A stretch of DNA of 64,000 nucleotides, from positions 3,424,001-3,488,000 of the forward strand of contig OZ241986.1 of NCBI GenBank assembly GCA_965204375.1, written 5' to 3'. The notes under the pieces were generated by a model. The model ran no database searches, was not told the DNA's origin, and saw nothing but the letters and a program-made list of their open reading frames with translations. This DNA comes from Candidatus Latescibacterota bacterium (lineage in GTDB: Bacteria > Latescibacterota > UBA2968). A program made the translations under genes and the position numbers. Shown here one piece after another: positions 29,815-37,610 of the stretch. Numbering within the stretch: position 1 is the first letter of the stretch; each line of letters starts with the position of its first letter.

Positions 29815-30633
29815 ATGAACCACTTGAGCAAATCCATGCGGCAACAGTGGCAGGAACAGGGGTATTTACACCTCAAAAATGTAATCCCCAAAGACGAAGC
29901 AGCGGGATATCTCGACGCTGCCAATGAAGTCATCGCCGAGTACGAAGCCAAATATCCCGAAGTACTCGAAAAAGGCGTCTATACCATCATTCAAACGCTC
30001 TTTCGAACGAGTCGGATCGACGGATTGATGGACCACCCCAACTTATTTGGCACTATCCTCGACCTGATGGGACCTTATATCCAGATCATGGGATCGCAAA
30101 TTTACGTGCGTTATCCAAATGATAAATCCGATAACTTGATCGGCTGGCACACCGATGCTGGACGCTCACTGGCACAAATTCGGGTCACGCCAGACAGTTT
30201 GCCATTAAACTTCAAAATACAGTTCTTCCTCACCGATATTCCACACGAAAATTGTGCAAACTTCTGTCTGGTGCCCGGCAGCCATCGCCGCCCAATGCCC
30301 AAAGGATCCCGCAATGAAACACCCCCAGGCGCGATACAACTCATTGCCGAAGCGGGAGATTGCGCGATCTTTCCCAATACCATGTGGCACGCGGTCGCGC
30401 CAAATCACACAGACGTCGTACGGCGCAGCATCACCTTCCGGTATGGACAAATGTGGTGCAGACCCTACGATTACGAAAAGTGTCCCGAAGAAGTTCTATC
30501 CCGCATGACGCCTCGCCGCCGCCGGTTAATGGGTGACCTGGGCGAAAACTATACGGCGACAGACTATTTCAAGCCATCCGACCAGATAAAAGTCATCATG
30601 GATGGCCTGGACTTTAAGTGTCCCAATGCTTAA
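29815..30633 (+). CDS. PhyH family dioxygenase
   Basis: GWHTD, VPGSH, WHAVAPNHT..VRR. Confidence 0.9.
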   Translation: MNHLSKSMRQQWQEQGYLHLKNVIPKDEAAGYLDAANEVIAEYEAKYPEVLEKGVYTIIQTLFRTSRIDGLMDHPNLFGTILDLMGPYIQIMGSQIYVRYPNDKSDNLIGWHTDAGRSLAQIRVTPDSLPLNFKIQFFLTDIPHENCANFCLVPGSHRRPMPKGSRNETPPGAIQLIAEAGDCAIFPNTMWHAVAPNHTDVVRRSITFRYGQMWCRPYDYEKCPEEVLSRMTPRRRRLMGDLGENYTATDYFKPSDQIKVIMDGLDFKCPNA

Positions 30634-30647
30634 CAGACCAAAAAATT

Positions 30648-30679
30648 AAAAAGCCTCGGAACAATCCGGGGCTTTTTTT
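30648..30679 (+). terminator. Rho-independent terminator (possibly bidirectional)
   Basis: AAAAAGCCTCGGA-ACAA-TCCGGGGCTTTTTTT. Confidence 0.8.
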
Positions 30680-30689
30680 ATATCCATGC

Positions 30690-30716
30690 GACACTTTCGG
30701 GATGCAGCCTCGTCTT
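30690..30716 (+). promoter_or_regulatory. Candidate ECF-type (autoregulatory) promoter
   Basis: GACAC-16 nt-CGTCTT, matching the ECF -35 (A/C)AC and -10 CGT pattern, about 40 nt upstream of an ECF gene. Confidence 0.5.
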
Positions 30717-30756
30717 TTATTAAAACACGCGTGGATTGATTTCTTGTGGAGTATTC

Positions 30757-32157
30757 GTGGAACAAATTGAAGACAGCGCGCTCATCGCCCGGATTTTAGA
30801 CGGCGACCGCAAGGCATTCACAGTTCTGGTGCATCGCTATTCGCGATACGTGTATGCCCAAATTGCCCGATCTGTGCGACTGGTCGATGACGTGGAAGAC
30901 CTGGCTCAAATCGTATTTATCAAAGCGTACGAAAATCTGCATCAGCTACGCAAACCCAACCGATTTAGATCCTGGTTACACAGCATCGTACGCAACGCCG
31001 TCAACTCCCATCATCGCCGTCGAGCCGTGCAATTGCGACTGGAAGAAACATTTTATCCAGAACCTGCAACACACGAGGAAGAAGAAATCAAACATGTCGT
31101 ACGAACCGCGCTTCACATCCTATCGGCTGAACATCGCCAGGTAATTGCCCATCACTATTTCAAAGGGTATTCCTACGCGGAAACAGCCGACCTCCTGAAC
31201 CTCACGGTAGAAACCGTGCGCGGGCGTCTGAGGCGTGCGCGTCTCAAATTGAAAGGAGAGTTGCACAAAATGTCGGATATTCAAACACAAACTATGGAAC
31301 TGGACCGCGCGGACATGGACGCGCTCAAAAAAGTAATCGGTTTTGTAAGCGACGATGAAAAACGCCCAATCTTACAGGGCGTATGTCTCGACACAGGCGG
31401 TCGCGCGACTGCAACCAATGGGCATATCATGATCATTCGCACCTTAAAAAGCCTCTCGGAACTCGCCGCACCCATTATCATCGGACCCTGGTCAGACATT
31501 CAACTCCCCGAACAGGCCACATTGAAAATTGCGGAAACAACCGCAGAAATCCAGAGCAACGGCACAACCCTTCAGGTATCCTTAATCGAAGGTCCTTATG
31601 TCAAATACGAGCAGGTCATCCCCCAAGAAGATCCCGCAATGCGAATTTCCATCTCCTCGACTCTTCTCGCACACGCACTGAACTTACTACAAGATTTCAT
31701 GGAAGCGCGGCACCCAGAATCAGATACCTGGCAATACCGCCCCCGGATAGATCTGCACCTCTCGCCGTTGACCCAGACCATAACCTTTCTCACATCCCGA
31801 GATACAGGATATGCCCGAGAAGACAATGGCAAATACCAATATCTCCTCGACGTGAAAGATGACGCCTCGCCAGGAGGCGTTGCAGATTGGATATTTCAGG
31901 TCCCACTCAATGCCAAATTTGAAACACCATCAGAAGACACACTCAGGTTGAACGGGTCTGAAGAACGACCCGTTGTACACCGCTTTGCCGTGAACTTCGC
32001 GTATCTAAAACAGATCCTGCACGCTCTGGACTTTGAAGACAGCGATGAAATCACAATGGAATTTCGAGAACAGAACAAAGCTATTATCTTACGCACACCC
32101 CTGAATGCAGAATGGCTGGCATTGTTAATGCCAATCAGGCTGAAGTCAAAGGATTAA
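30757..32157 (+). CDS. ECF sigma-70 factor fused to a C-terminal beta-sliding-clamp (DnaN domain II-III)-like module
   Basis: Region 2 DVEDLAQIVFIKAY, FRSWLHSIVRN; region 4 HYFKGYSYAETADLLNLTVETVRGRLRRAR; then FVSDDEKRPILQGV, ATNGH, LIEGPYVKYEQVIP, VNFAYLKQIL, LLMPIRL. Confidence 0.85.
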   Translation: MEQIEDSALIARILDGDRKAFTVLVHRYSRYVYAQIARSVRLVDDVEDLAQIVFIKAYENLHQLRKPNRFRSWLHSIVRNAVNSHHRRRAVQLRLEETFYPEPATHEEEEIKHVVRTALHILSAEHRQVIAHHYFKGYSYAETADLLNLTVETVRGRLRRARLKLKGELHKMSDIQTQTMELDRADMDALKKVIGFVSDDEKRPILQGVCLDTGGRATATNGHIMIIRTLKSLSELAAPIIIGPWSDIQLPEQATLKIAETTAEIQSNGTTLQVSLIEGPYVKYEQVIPQEDPAMRISISSTLLAHALNLLQDFMEARHPESDTWQYRPRIDLHLSPLTQTITFLTSRDTGYAREDNGKYQYLLDVKDDASPGGVADWIFQVPLNAKFETPSEDTLRLNGSEERPVVHRFAVNFAYLKQILHALDFEDSDEITMEFREQNKAIILRTPLNAEWLALLMPIRLKSKD

Positions 32158-32607
32158 ATCACACCTGCATTCTCCAATGCCGCCTGAACCTGCCCCTCCT
32201 GCTCGGCAGACGGAGGTGGCATTGGCGGGCGCGGCACACCCCCATCACGCCCCTGCAACTTCATCGCATACTTGGTATTAGCAGGCAAATTATCATCAAA
32301 AATCGCATTCCAAATCGGCCACAGCCTTCCCCCGCTCAATTGCCGACTTCGTACTATCCGTAATAATCCCCGTAATCACTGGCACTCGCCCATCGGCTTC
32401 CTCCACTGCCCATTGCGTCAACTGCCTCACCTCATCATCCCCGAGCGTATGCCCCTCCCCCGTACTCCCCGTCACCGCCACCCCATGCACCTTTGCCGTC
32501 TCAATCATATACTGAATTTCCGCGCGAAACGCCCCCTCATCAAGTGAGTCATCCTCCCGAAACGGCGTTACCACAGGCGGCACAATCCCAAAAATAGAAT
32601 CCATCAT
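32154..32607 (-). pseudogene. Dihydrodipicolinate synthase (DapA/NAL) family pseudogene with an internal deletion
   Basis: N-terminal part (PPVVTPF, GSTGEG) and C-terminal part (KYAMKLQG...PRPP) lie in different frames; the central catalytic region is absent. Confidence 0.8.
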
Positions 32608-32614
32608 CTCCTCC

Positions 32615-32674
32615 CAATACCTTCTGTCAAAGCAACCACATCTAAAAGTTTGATGTCTTTATCCATATCACTTC
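32615..32674 (-). repeat. 60-bp direct repeat, a 5' remnant of a DUF4926 gene
   Basis: 56/60 identical to 33783-33842; reads MDKDIKLLDVVALTE. Confidence 0.85.
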
Positions 32675-32734
32675 ACTTTTTTTCTTGGAAAATATTCCCA
32701 TATGAGTATATTTTATGTCAAGAGGATATTATCG

Positions 32735-32992
32735 ATGAAGACAACACCATATTTTCGCAACCGAACACTCAAAGATCGGCCTGAATTACAAAAATATCTG
32801 AAAGAAATTGCAGATGCAATAGACCATTATCATGAGATTGAACAACAAGCAGATGGTCGCACACGGCGATGGATTTACATCTCTGACATTGACAAATACA
32901 TTCGCGTCATCGTCGAAGCCGATGGAGAGACAATCCACAATGCATTTCAGGATCGCACGTACACGCGACAGCAAAAAAGAAAGGATCCCTGA
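32735..32992 (+). CDS. Putative toxin partner of a DUF2283 protein
   Basis: MKTTPYF...QADGRTRRW...KYIRVIVEADGETIHNAFQDR pattern, 1 nt before a DUF2283 gene. Confidence 0.7.
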   Translation: MKTTPYFRNRTLKDRPELQKYLKEIADAIDHYHEIEQQADGRTRRWIYISDIDKYIRVIVEADGETIHNAFQDRTYTRQQKRKDP

Positions 32993-32993
32993 C

Positions 32994-33440
32994 ATGAAAT
33001 CCCTGGAATATTTTCCCGAAACGGATACGCTTCATATTACACTGAGTTTGACACCTGCATCTGGTGGCGCAGAAAATGCCGGAACAGAGGGCGAACATCA
33101 GGATATTATTTTATCCTATAATGATAACGATAAATTGGTATCTATTACAATTGAAAATGCCAGTAAAGGTGTGGATCTGAACGATATTCTTTCGGGACAC
33201 GCAAAAATTTTACATGGAAAAACAGAAGCCATTTATTCCATTTCAGAATTGGCAGCAAAATTGGACATTACACCACGCACATTGCGCAATACCATCCATT
33301 CGATGCGGGCTTCGGGAATAGACATAGGCAAACAATACGGCCCCACATATCCCATTATTCTATCTGAACCTGACGCGCAAAAAATTGTGCAATGGCGCAA
33401 TGAACACCCAAGAGGTAGGCCTAAATTGGCATCCGTTTAG
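32994..33440 (+). CDS. DUF2283 protein with C-terminal HTH
   Basis: YFPETDTLHITL...DIILSYNDNDKLVSITIENAS; C-terminal YSISELAAKLDITPRTLR and PRGRP. Confidence 0.75.
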   Translation: MKSLEYFPETDTLHITLSLTPASGGAENAGTEGEHQDIILSYNDNDKLVSITIENASKGVDLNDILSGHAKILHGKTEAIYSISELAAKLDITPRTLRNTIHSMRASGIDIGKQYGPTYPIILSEPDAQKIVQWRNEHPRGRPKLASV

Positions 33441-33600
33441 ACAGAACGCTCAGGCATTTTAAAAGCCTCCGAAATTTACAACATCACTTCTGTGATATAA
33501 ACGACACTGCAAATCTTCGGTTATAGCATTTAGGGAGGAACGCATGAAATCTCATTCTGTTTGGCAATATTTGGCACCAGTTGACCGCGAAACTTTCATT

Positions 33601-33834
33601 TCAGGTACTATTTGTTGGCTTTGTGATCGGCGCGTAGTGTAATACAATAAACTGGTTGGGACGTAAACCAACTGATTCATAGGTGCGACCTTCCCGATCA
33701 CAAAACTCAACTTCAAACGCTTGACCATCCGAAAGCACCTCAACAATTGTGCCAACCTGCCCCTGACAGAGGCCATACTCAGCAATATCTTCTGTCAATG
33801 CAACCACATATAAAAGTTTGTTGTCTTTATCCAT
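33601..33834 (-). CDS. DUF4926 domain protein
   Basis: VVALTEDI...GL..GQVGTIVEV....FEVEFCDREGRTY. Confidence 0.85.
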   Translation of the reverse strand: MDKDNKLLYVVALTEDIAEYGLCQGQVGTIVEVLSDGQAFEVEFCDREGRTYESVGLRPNQFIVLHYAPITKPTNST

Positions 33835-33894
33835 ATCACTTCGTGGTCAATAGTCAGTTGTAGATTACACCCTTGAGTTCGCCCACTCTTGAAG

Positions 33895-34920
33895 TCACAC
33901 CTGACGTCCTTCATTTATCTCATACCCGGCTTCCAATTCCCGTATCAGAAGATCCATCTGCTCAGGCTTTTTTTCGTACGTATTGAATGATTTTACAGCT
34001 TCTGTTGCAATCTCAACCGACCTCTTTTCCTTGTCAATACCGATATATCTCCTACCCTCACTTAATGCTGCCAAAGCAGTCGTCCCGCTTCCTATAAAGC
34101 AATCGAGCACAATTTCATCAGGTTCGGTAAATAGCTTAATAGCTCTGCGCGGCAATTCAACTGGAAACTTAGAATCATGATCTGAATTGCTGCGTACAGA
34201 AGGAATTTCCCATACGCCTCTGGAACCCCAATTTACCCATTCTTGTTTTGTAAGCCTTGATCGATCAACCTTCGTTATACCCGGCTTCCAAAAAATATAA
34301 ATATATTCTGACTCATCTACAGAACGGTATGATATGGTATGCCATCTCGAATTCTCCCAGGCGGCGTCTTTTACCCATATACGCCGGTCATATAAATAAA
34401 AACCTGCATCTGTAGCAGCTTTTTCTATTAGTCTCCCAACGAGATAAACTCTTGTTTGGGATTGATATTTTCCACCTCTAATATTGTTACCATTCAGCCG
34501 CCGATCTATTGTTTGCTCGCTGCACCCAAAGTGTTCTGCAAGTTTGTACCTATTCCAATCGGGATGCTGTTGTACAACCTTAAGTATGTCTTCTTTTGTA
34601 AGATTAATTTTTCGACGAGAAATATTTTCCGCCATAATTTTGGGCATTGTCTCATCCTTAAAACACAATATATCGGCAATATTGATCACCAAAAATCCAC
34701 CGGGTTTCACAATGGGAAAATGTAGCTTAATCACCTCTCGTAGAAGATTCTCCCAATCTTCAAATGATAAATCCTTCTCGTAATCTTTCCCGACATAATA
34801 CGGAGGCGACCAGATACTGAGCGCAATAGATTCCCGCTCAATTCTCCCCAAAAGCTCCTGCGAATCGCCGTGATATATCGCGTTTGGTGTAAGTGACTTA
34901 AACAAGTTTACGATTGCCAT
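33895..34920 (-). CDS. Beta-class N4-cytosine DNA methyltransferase with inserted HTH (M.BglI-like)
   Basis: Catalytic WSPPY precedes SAM-binding DCFIGSGTT; insert YKLAEHFGCSEQTIDRRLNGNNIRGGKY; the M.BglI resemblance is from memory. Confidence 0.88.
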   Translation of the reverse strand: MAIVNLFKSLTPNAIYHGDSQELLGRIERESIALSIWSPPYYVGKDYEKDLSFEDWENLLREVIKLHFPIVKPGGFLVINIADILCFKDETMPKIMAENISRRKINLTKEDILKVVQQHPDWNRYKLAEHFGCSEQTIDRRLNGNNIRGGKYQSQTRVYLVGRLIEKAATDAGFYLYDRRIWVKDAAWENSRWHTISYRSVDESEYIYIFWKPGITKVDRSRLTKQEWVNWGSRGVWEIPSVRSNSDHDSKFPVELPRRAIKLFTEPDEIVLDCFIGSGTTALAALSEGRRYIGIDKEKRSVEIATEAVKSFNTYEKKPEQMDLLIRELEAGYEINEGRQV

Positions 34921-35113
34921 GACCCTATACACTCCTGTTTTTTCAACATAGACAGAAATTTATAAGCTGTCAACCATCCACAGGCGTTATATCCCACCGC
35001 AAACCACAACCCTATTTTGAACCGTCTGGCGTTCGTGTTGCAGATTTTAAAAAAGGAATTATTTTACACAGGCTCAATTCTCAGCACTCAGAAACCTTTT
35101 TGGGAGGACTACC

Positions 35114-36475
35114 ATGAATATCATTGTCGTAATGTCCGACACCTTGCGCTACGACCACCTGGGCTGTCACGGAAACACATGGATCCGCACCCCACATATA
35201 GACGCATTTTCCAAACGGTGCATGTTATTTGACCGCGCGTATCAGGCATCATTCCCAACAATACCTACGCGCACAGACATGATGACCGGCAGACTCACCT
35301 TTCCCTTTCGCGGCTGGACGCCGCTCCCCGAAGATGAAGTCATCTTATCCAAACTCCTCACAGACGCGGGGTATGTCACCATGCTCTTATGCGACACACC
35401 GCACCTGGTAAGAGACGGACATCAGTTTGACCGCGGATTTTTGGGCTGGGAGTGGATTCGAGGGCAAGAAGGCGACCGATCAATCACAGACGATATACCC
35501 GTCCCCCTCGAATCAGTCCCTGAAAAAATTCGCACGCCTGAGCGCATGCAACAATATCACTATCGCTGGCGTGCAGCACACTGGGAAACAGAACGCGACA
35601 CCTTTGTCGCACGCACCATGCAACGCGCCGCAGACTGGCTGGAGGCAAACCACACCCACGAAAAATTCTTCCTGTACATCGACACCTTTGACCCCCACGA
35701 ACCGTGGGATCCACCCGCGCACTACGTCAATATGTACAACCCCGGATACACAGGTGAAGTTATCGACCATCCCATTTACGACTACTGCGATTACCTGAGC
35801 GCAGAAGAAATCAAACACACGCGAGCGCTATACGCAGGTGAAGTCACACTCATGGACACCTGGGTAGGCCACCTGTTGGAAAAAGTAGAAAATCTAAGTC
35901 TCTGGGAAGACACAGCCGTGATCTTCATGTCTGACCACGGACATTACATCGGAGACCACGGGCGCATTGGCAAAAGCGGTCAGGGACCAGACGGCGACTG
36001 GCCCTATTACGAAGAAGTATCCCACACGGCCTTCATGGGATATGTACCCGGCAGCAACGCAGCGGGAAAACGCACAAAATTCCTGACACAACCCGTCGAT
36101 TTCATGCCCACAATACTCGATCTGGCAGGCATAAAAAAACCCGATGGACTGCACGGGGTATCAGTCGCCCCCATCTTAAAAGGCGAAAAAACAGAAGAAC
36201 AACGGAAAGTCGCCGTCACATCGGCAACCCTGCCCGTGCGCGAAGACCGCAGCGTGTGCTCCAGCATCACAGACGGCAACTGGACCTTGCACTATCGCGG
36301 CCCCAACTGGCCAGCGGAACTATACAACCTCCAAACAGACCTCGCGCAAAAGAACAACATATATAACCAACAAAACATGGCCGAAGCACAGCGACTGCAC
36401 AAAGCGTATCTGGAAGTATTAAAAGGCGCGGGAACGCCCGAAGAAAAATTTGTGTTGCGGACGGAGTTGCCTTGA
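35114..36475 (+). CDS. Sulfatase-like hydrolase (alkaline phosphatase superfamily) with Thr at the nucleophile position
   Basis: DTLRYDHLGC, SFPTIPTR, FDPHEPW, SDHG, ELYNL. Confidence 0.88.
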   Translation: MNIIVVMSDTLRYDHLGCHGNTWIRTPHIDAFSKRCMLFDRAYQASFPTIPTRTDMMTGRLTFPFRGWTPLPEDEVILSKLLTDAGYVTMLLCDTPHLVRDGHQFDRGFLGWEWIRGQEGDRSITDDIPVPLESVPEKIRTPERMQQYHYRWRAAHWETERDTFVARTMQRAADWLEANHTHEKFFLYIDTFDPHEPWDPPAHYVNMYNPGYTGEVIDHPIYDYCDYLSAEEIKHTRALYAGEVTLMDTWVGHLLEKVENLSLWEDTAVIFMSDHGHYIGDHGRIGKSGQGPDGDWPYYEEVSHTAFMGYVPGSNAAGKRTKFLTQPVDFMPTILDLAGIKKPDGLHGVSVAPILKGEKTEEQRKVAVTSATLPVREDRSVCSSITDGNWTLHYRGPNWPAELYNLQTDLAQKNNIYNQQNMAEAQRLHKAYLEVLKGAGTPEEKFVLRTELP

Positions 36476-36552
36476 AAAAGGATTATGCAGGATAGTGCCG
36501 GAAATCGGTGCATTGACAAGGCTGGCGGAATTGTATAACGTGGGGAATAGGC

Positions 36553-36582
36553 AAAAAAAGGGACGTGTTCATAGCACGTCCC
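36553..36582 (-). terminator. Rho-independent terminator of the Panacea operon
   Basis: GGGACGTG/CACGTCCC stem followed by 7 T on the minus strand. Confidence 0.75.
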
Positions 36583-36609
36583 AATCACAATAAATGACCT
36601 TGGCCATTG

Positions 36610-36927
36610 TCATTGATCTCTACTTTCCACCCAGTATCCGCACGAACCGCCGATAATACTTCCAATGACAATCCCTAATGTTCCAAAAGAACTACCAGCC
36701 ATCAATCCGCCTATAAGTCCGGCGACCGCGAGTGAATGCGAAGCCATAGAAGAGGTCTTAGATTGTTGCATCTGGTTATCGCGGTTGACAGATGCACTTT
36801 CTTGATTGAGCTCTTGAGATTCTTTCTGTAATTCCTTAATAGTGGCAAAGACCGCATCTTCAGTACGAGTTTGAACCGTTTCACTTGATTGTTCTGGTCG
36901 AATATCTAATTTTGAGAGTTCTCCCAT
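36610..36927 (-). CDS. Hypothetical protein with C-terminal glycine-zipper membrane helices; candidate toxin
   Basis: AGLIGGLMAGSSFGTLGIVIGSIIGGSCG; starts immediately after the Panacea stop. Confidence 0.65.
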   Translation of the reverse strand: MGELSKLDIRPEQSSETVQTRTEDAVFATIKELQKESQELNQESASVNRDNQMQQSKTSSMASHSLAVAGLIGGLMAGSSFGTLGIVIGSIIGGSCGYWVESRDQ

Positions 36928-37467
36928 CTATTGGCCTCCTATTCTATTCAGGTAGTACTCTCTTATGGCCTTATTCGGTATATGTGCATTTCTAAATCCT
37001 TTCCTTCTTTTCCATGTTTTGTCCCAGGGTGTTCCTTCTCTATGTGTTATATCAGAAAGCTGTAACCCTGTATATTCTCCGTAAACCTCCCAAATTTTAT
37101 TTAATAAAGCACAGGAGAACTCATCGTCCTGGTCTATCTTCGGAGTTGTAACTTTTGTGTCGAGTTTTCCACTACCATCATCGTATAAAAACTCAATGTC
37201 TTCTGCAAACACTGTTATTGGATCCCTGCCAAAGTGCTTGAAATGATGGTAAAGTGATGGAAATACCGGACCATATTGCCAAGCCTCCGCGAATTCATCA
37301 TTAACTAATGGTCTGCCATTAGGTGGGTTATCTCTCGCAGTAAAAGCGAGATAATAGCCGTGAGCAATATACACCAGTTTTTGTATCATCAATGGTGTTA
37401 TTTCAACACCATCCTTTTTGGCAAGGTCTAAAAAGTAATTCGCTACAGCAAATGCAGAGTAACCCAT
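36928..37467 (-). CDS. Panacea/SocA (DUF4065) antitoxin-domain protein
   Basis: VANYFL...IQKLVYIAHG...EAWQYGPVFPSLY...LSDITHREGTPW. Confidence 0.9.
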   Translation of the reverse strand: MGYSAFAVANYFLDLAKKDGVEITPLMIQKLVYIAHGYYLAFTARDNPPNGRPLVNDEFAEAWQYGPVFPSLYHHFKHFGRDPITVFAEDIEFLYDDGSGKLDTKVTTPKIDQDDEFSCALLNKIWEVYGEYTGLQLSDITHREGTPWDKTWKRRKGFRNAHIPNKAIREYYLNRIGGQ

Positions 37468-37610
37468 AAATGTCTCCTTGATTACTCTTTCGCAAGGGAG
37501 AGGGAAACTATTAGATTATGTTATTATTTATGAATAATTTGTACATAAATGTAGAAAGTGATTTGCCAAAGAGCAAGTATTTTCTTTTTTTGCCCACAGA
37601 ATGCGATCAT

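Noticed and set aside
30757-32157. Calling this gene dnaN
   Set aside because: Lacks clamp domain I, is fused to a sigma factor and is not in dnaA-recF context
33544-33642. 32-codon plus-strand ORF after a strong RBS (AGGGAGG)
   Set aside because: Overlaps the DUF4926 3' end and has no recognisable motif; probably a gene remnant
36513-36541. Orphan plus-strand TTGACA-17-TAACGT promoter facing the Panacea operon
   Set aside because: No downstream plus-strand gene; could be chance or a relic, and cannot be supported without transcript data
30757-37467. Functional link between the SocA-like antitoxin (SocB targets DnaN) and the clamp-like sigma; QMDLF/QMDLL motifs in SNF2 and the MTase
   Set aside because: The genes are 5 kb apart in separate units, the Panacea partner does not resemble SocB, and 5-residue motifs arise by chance
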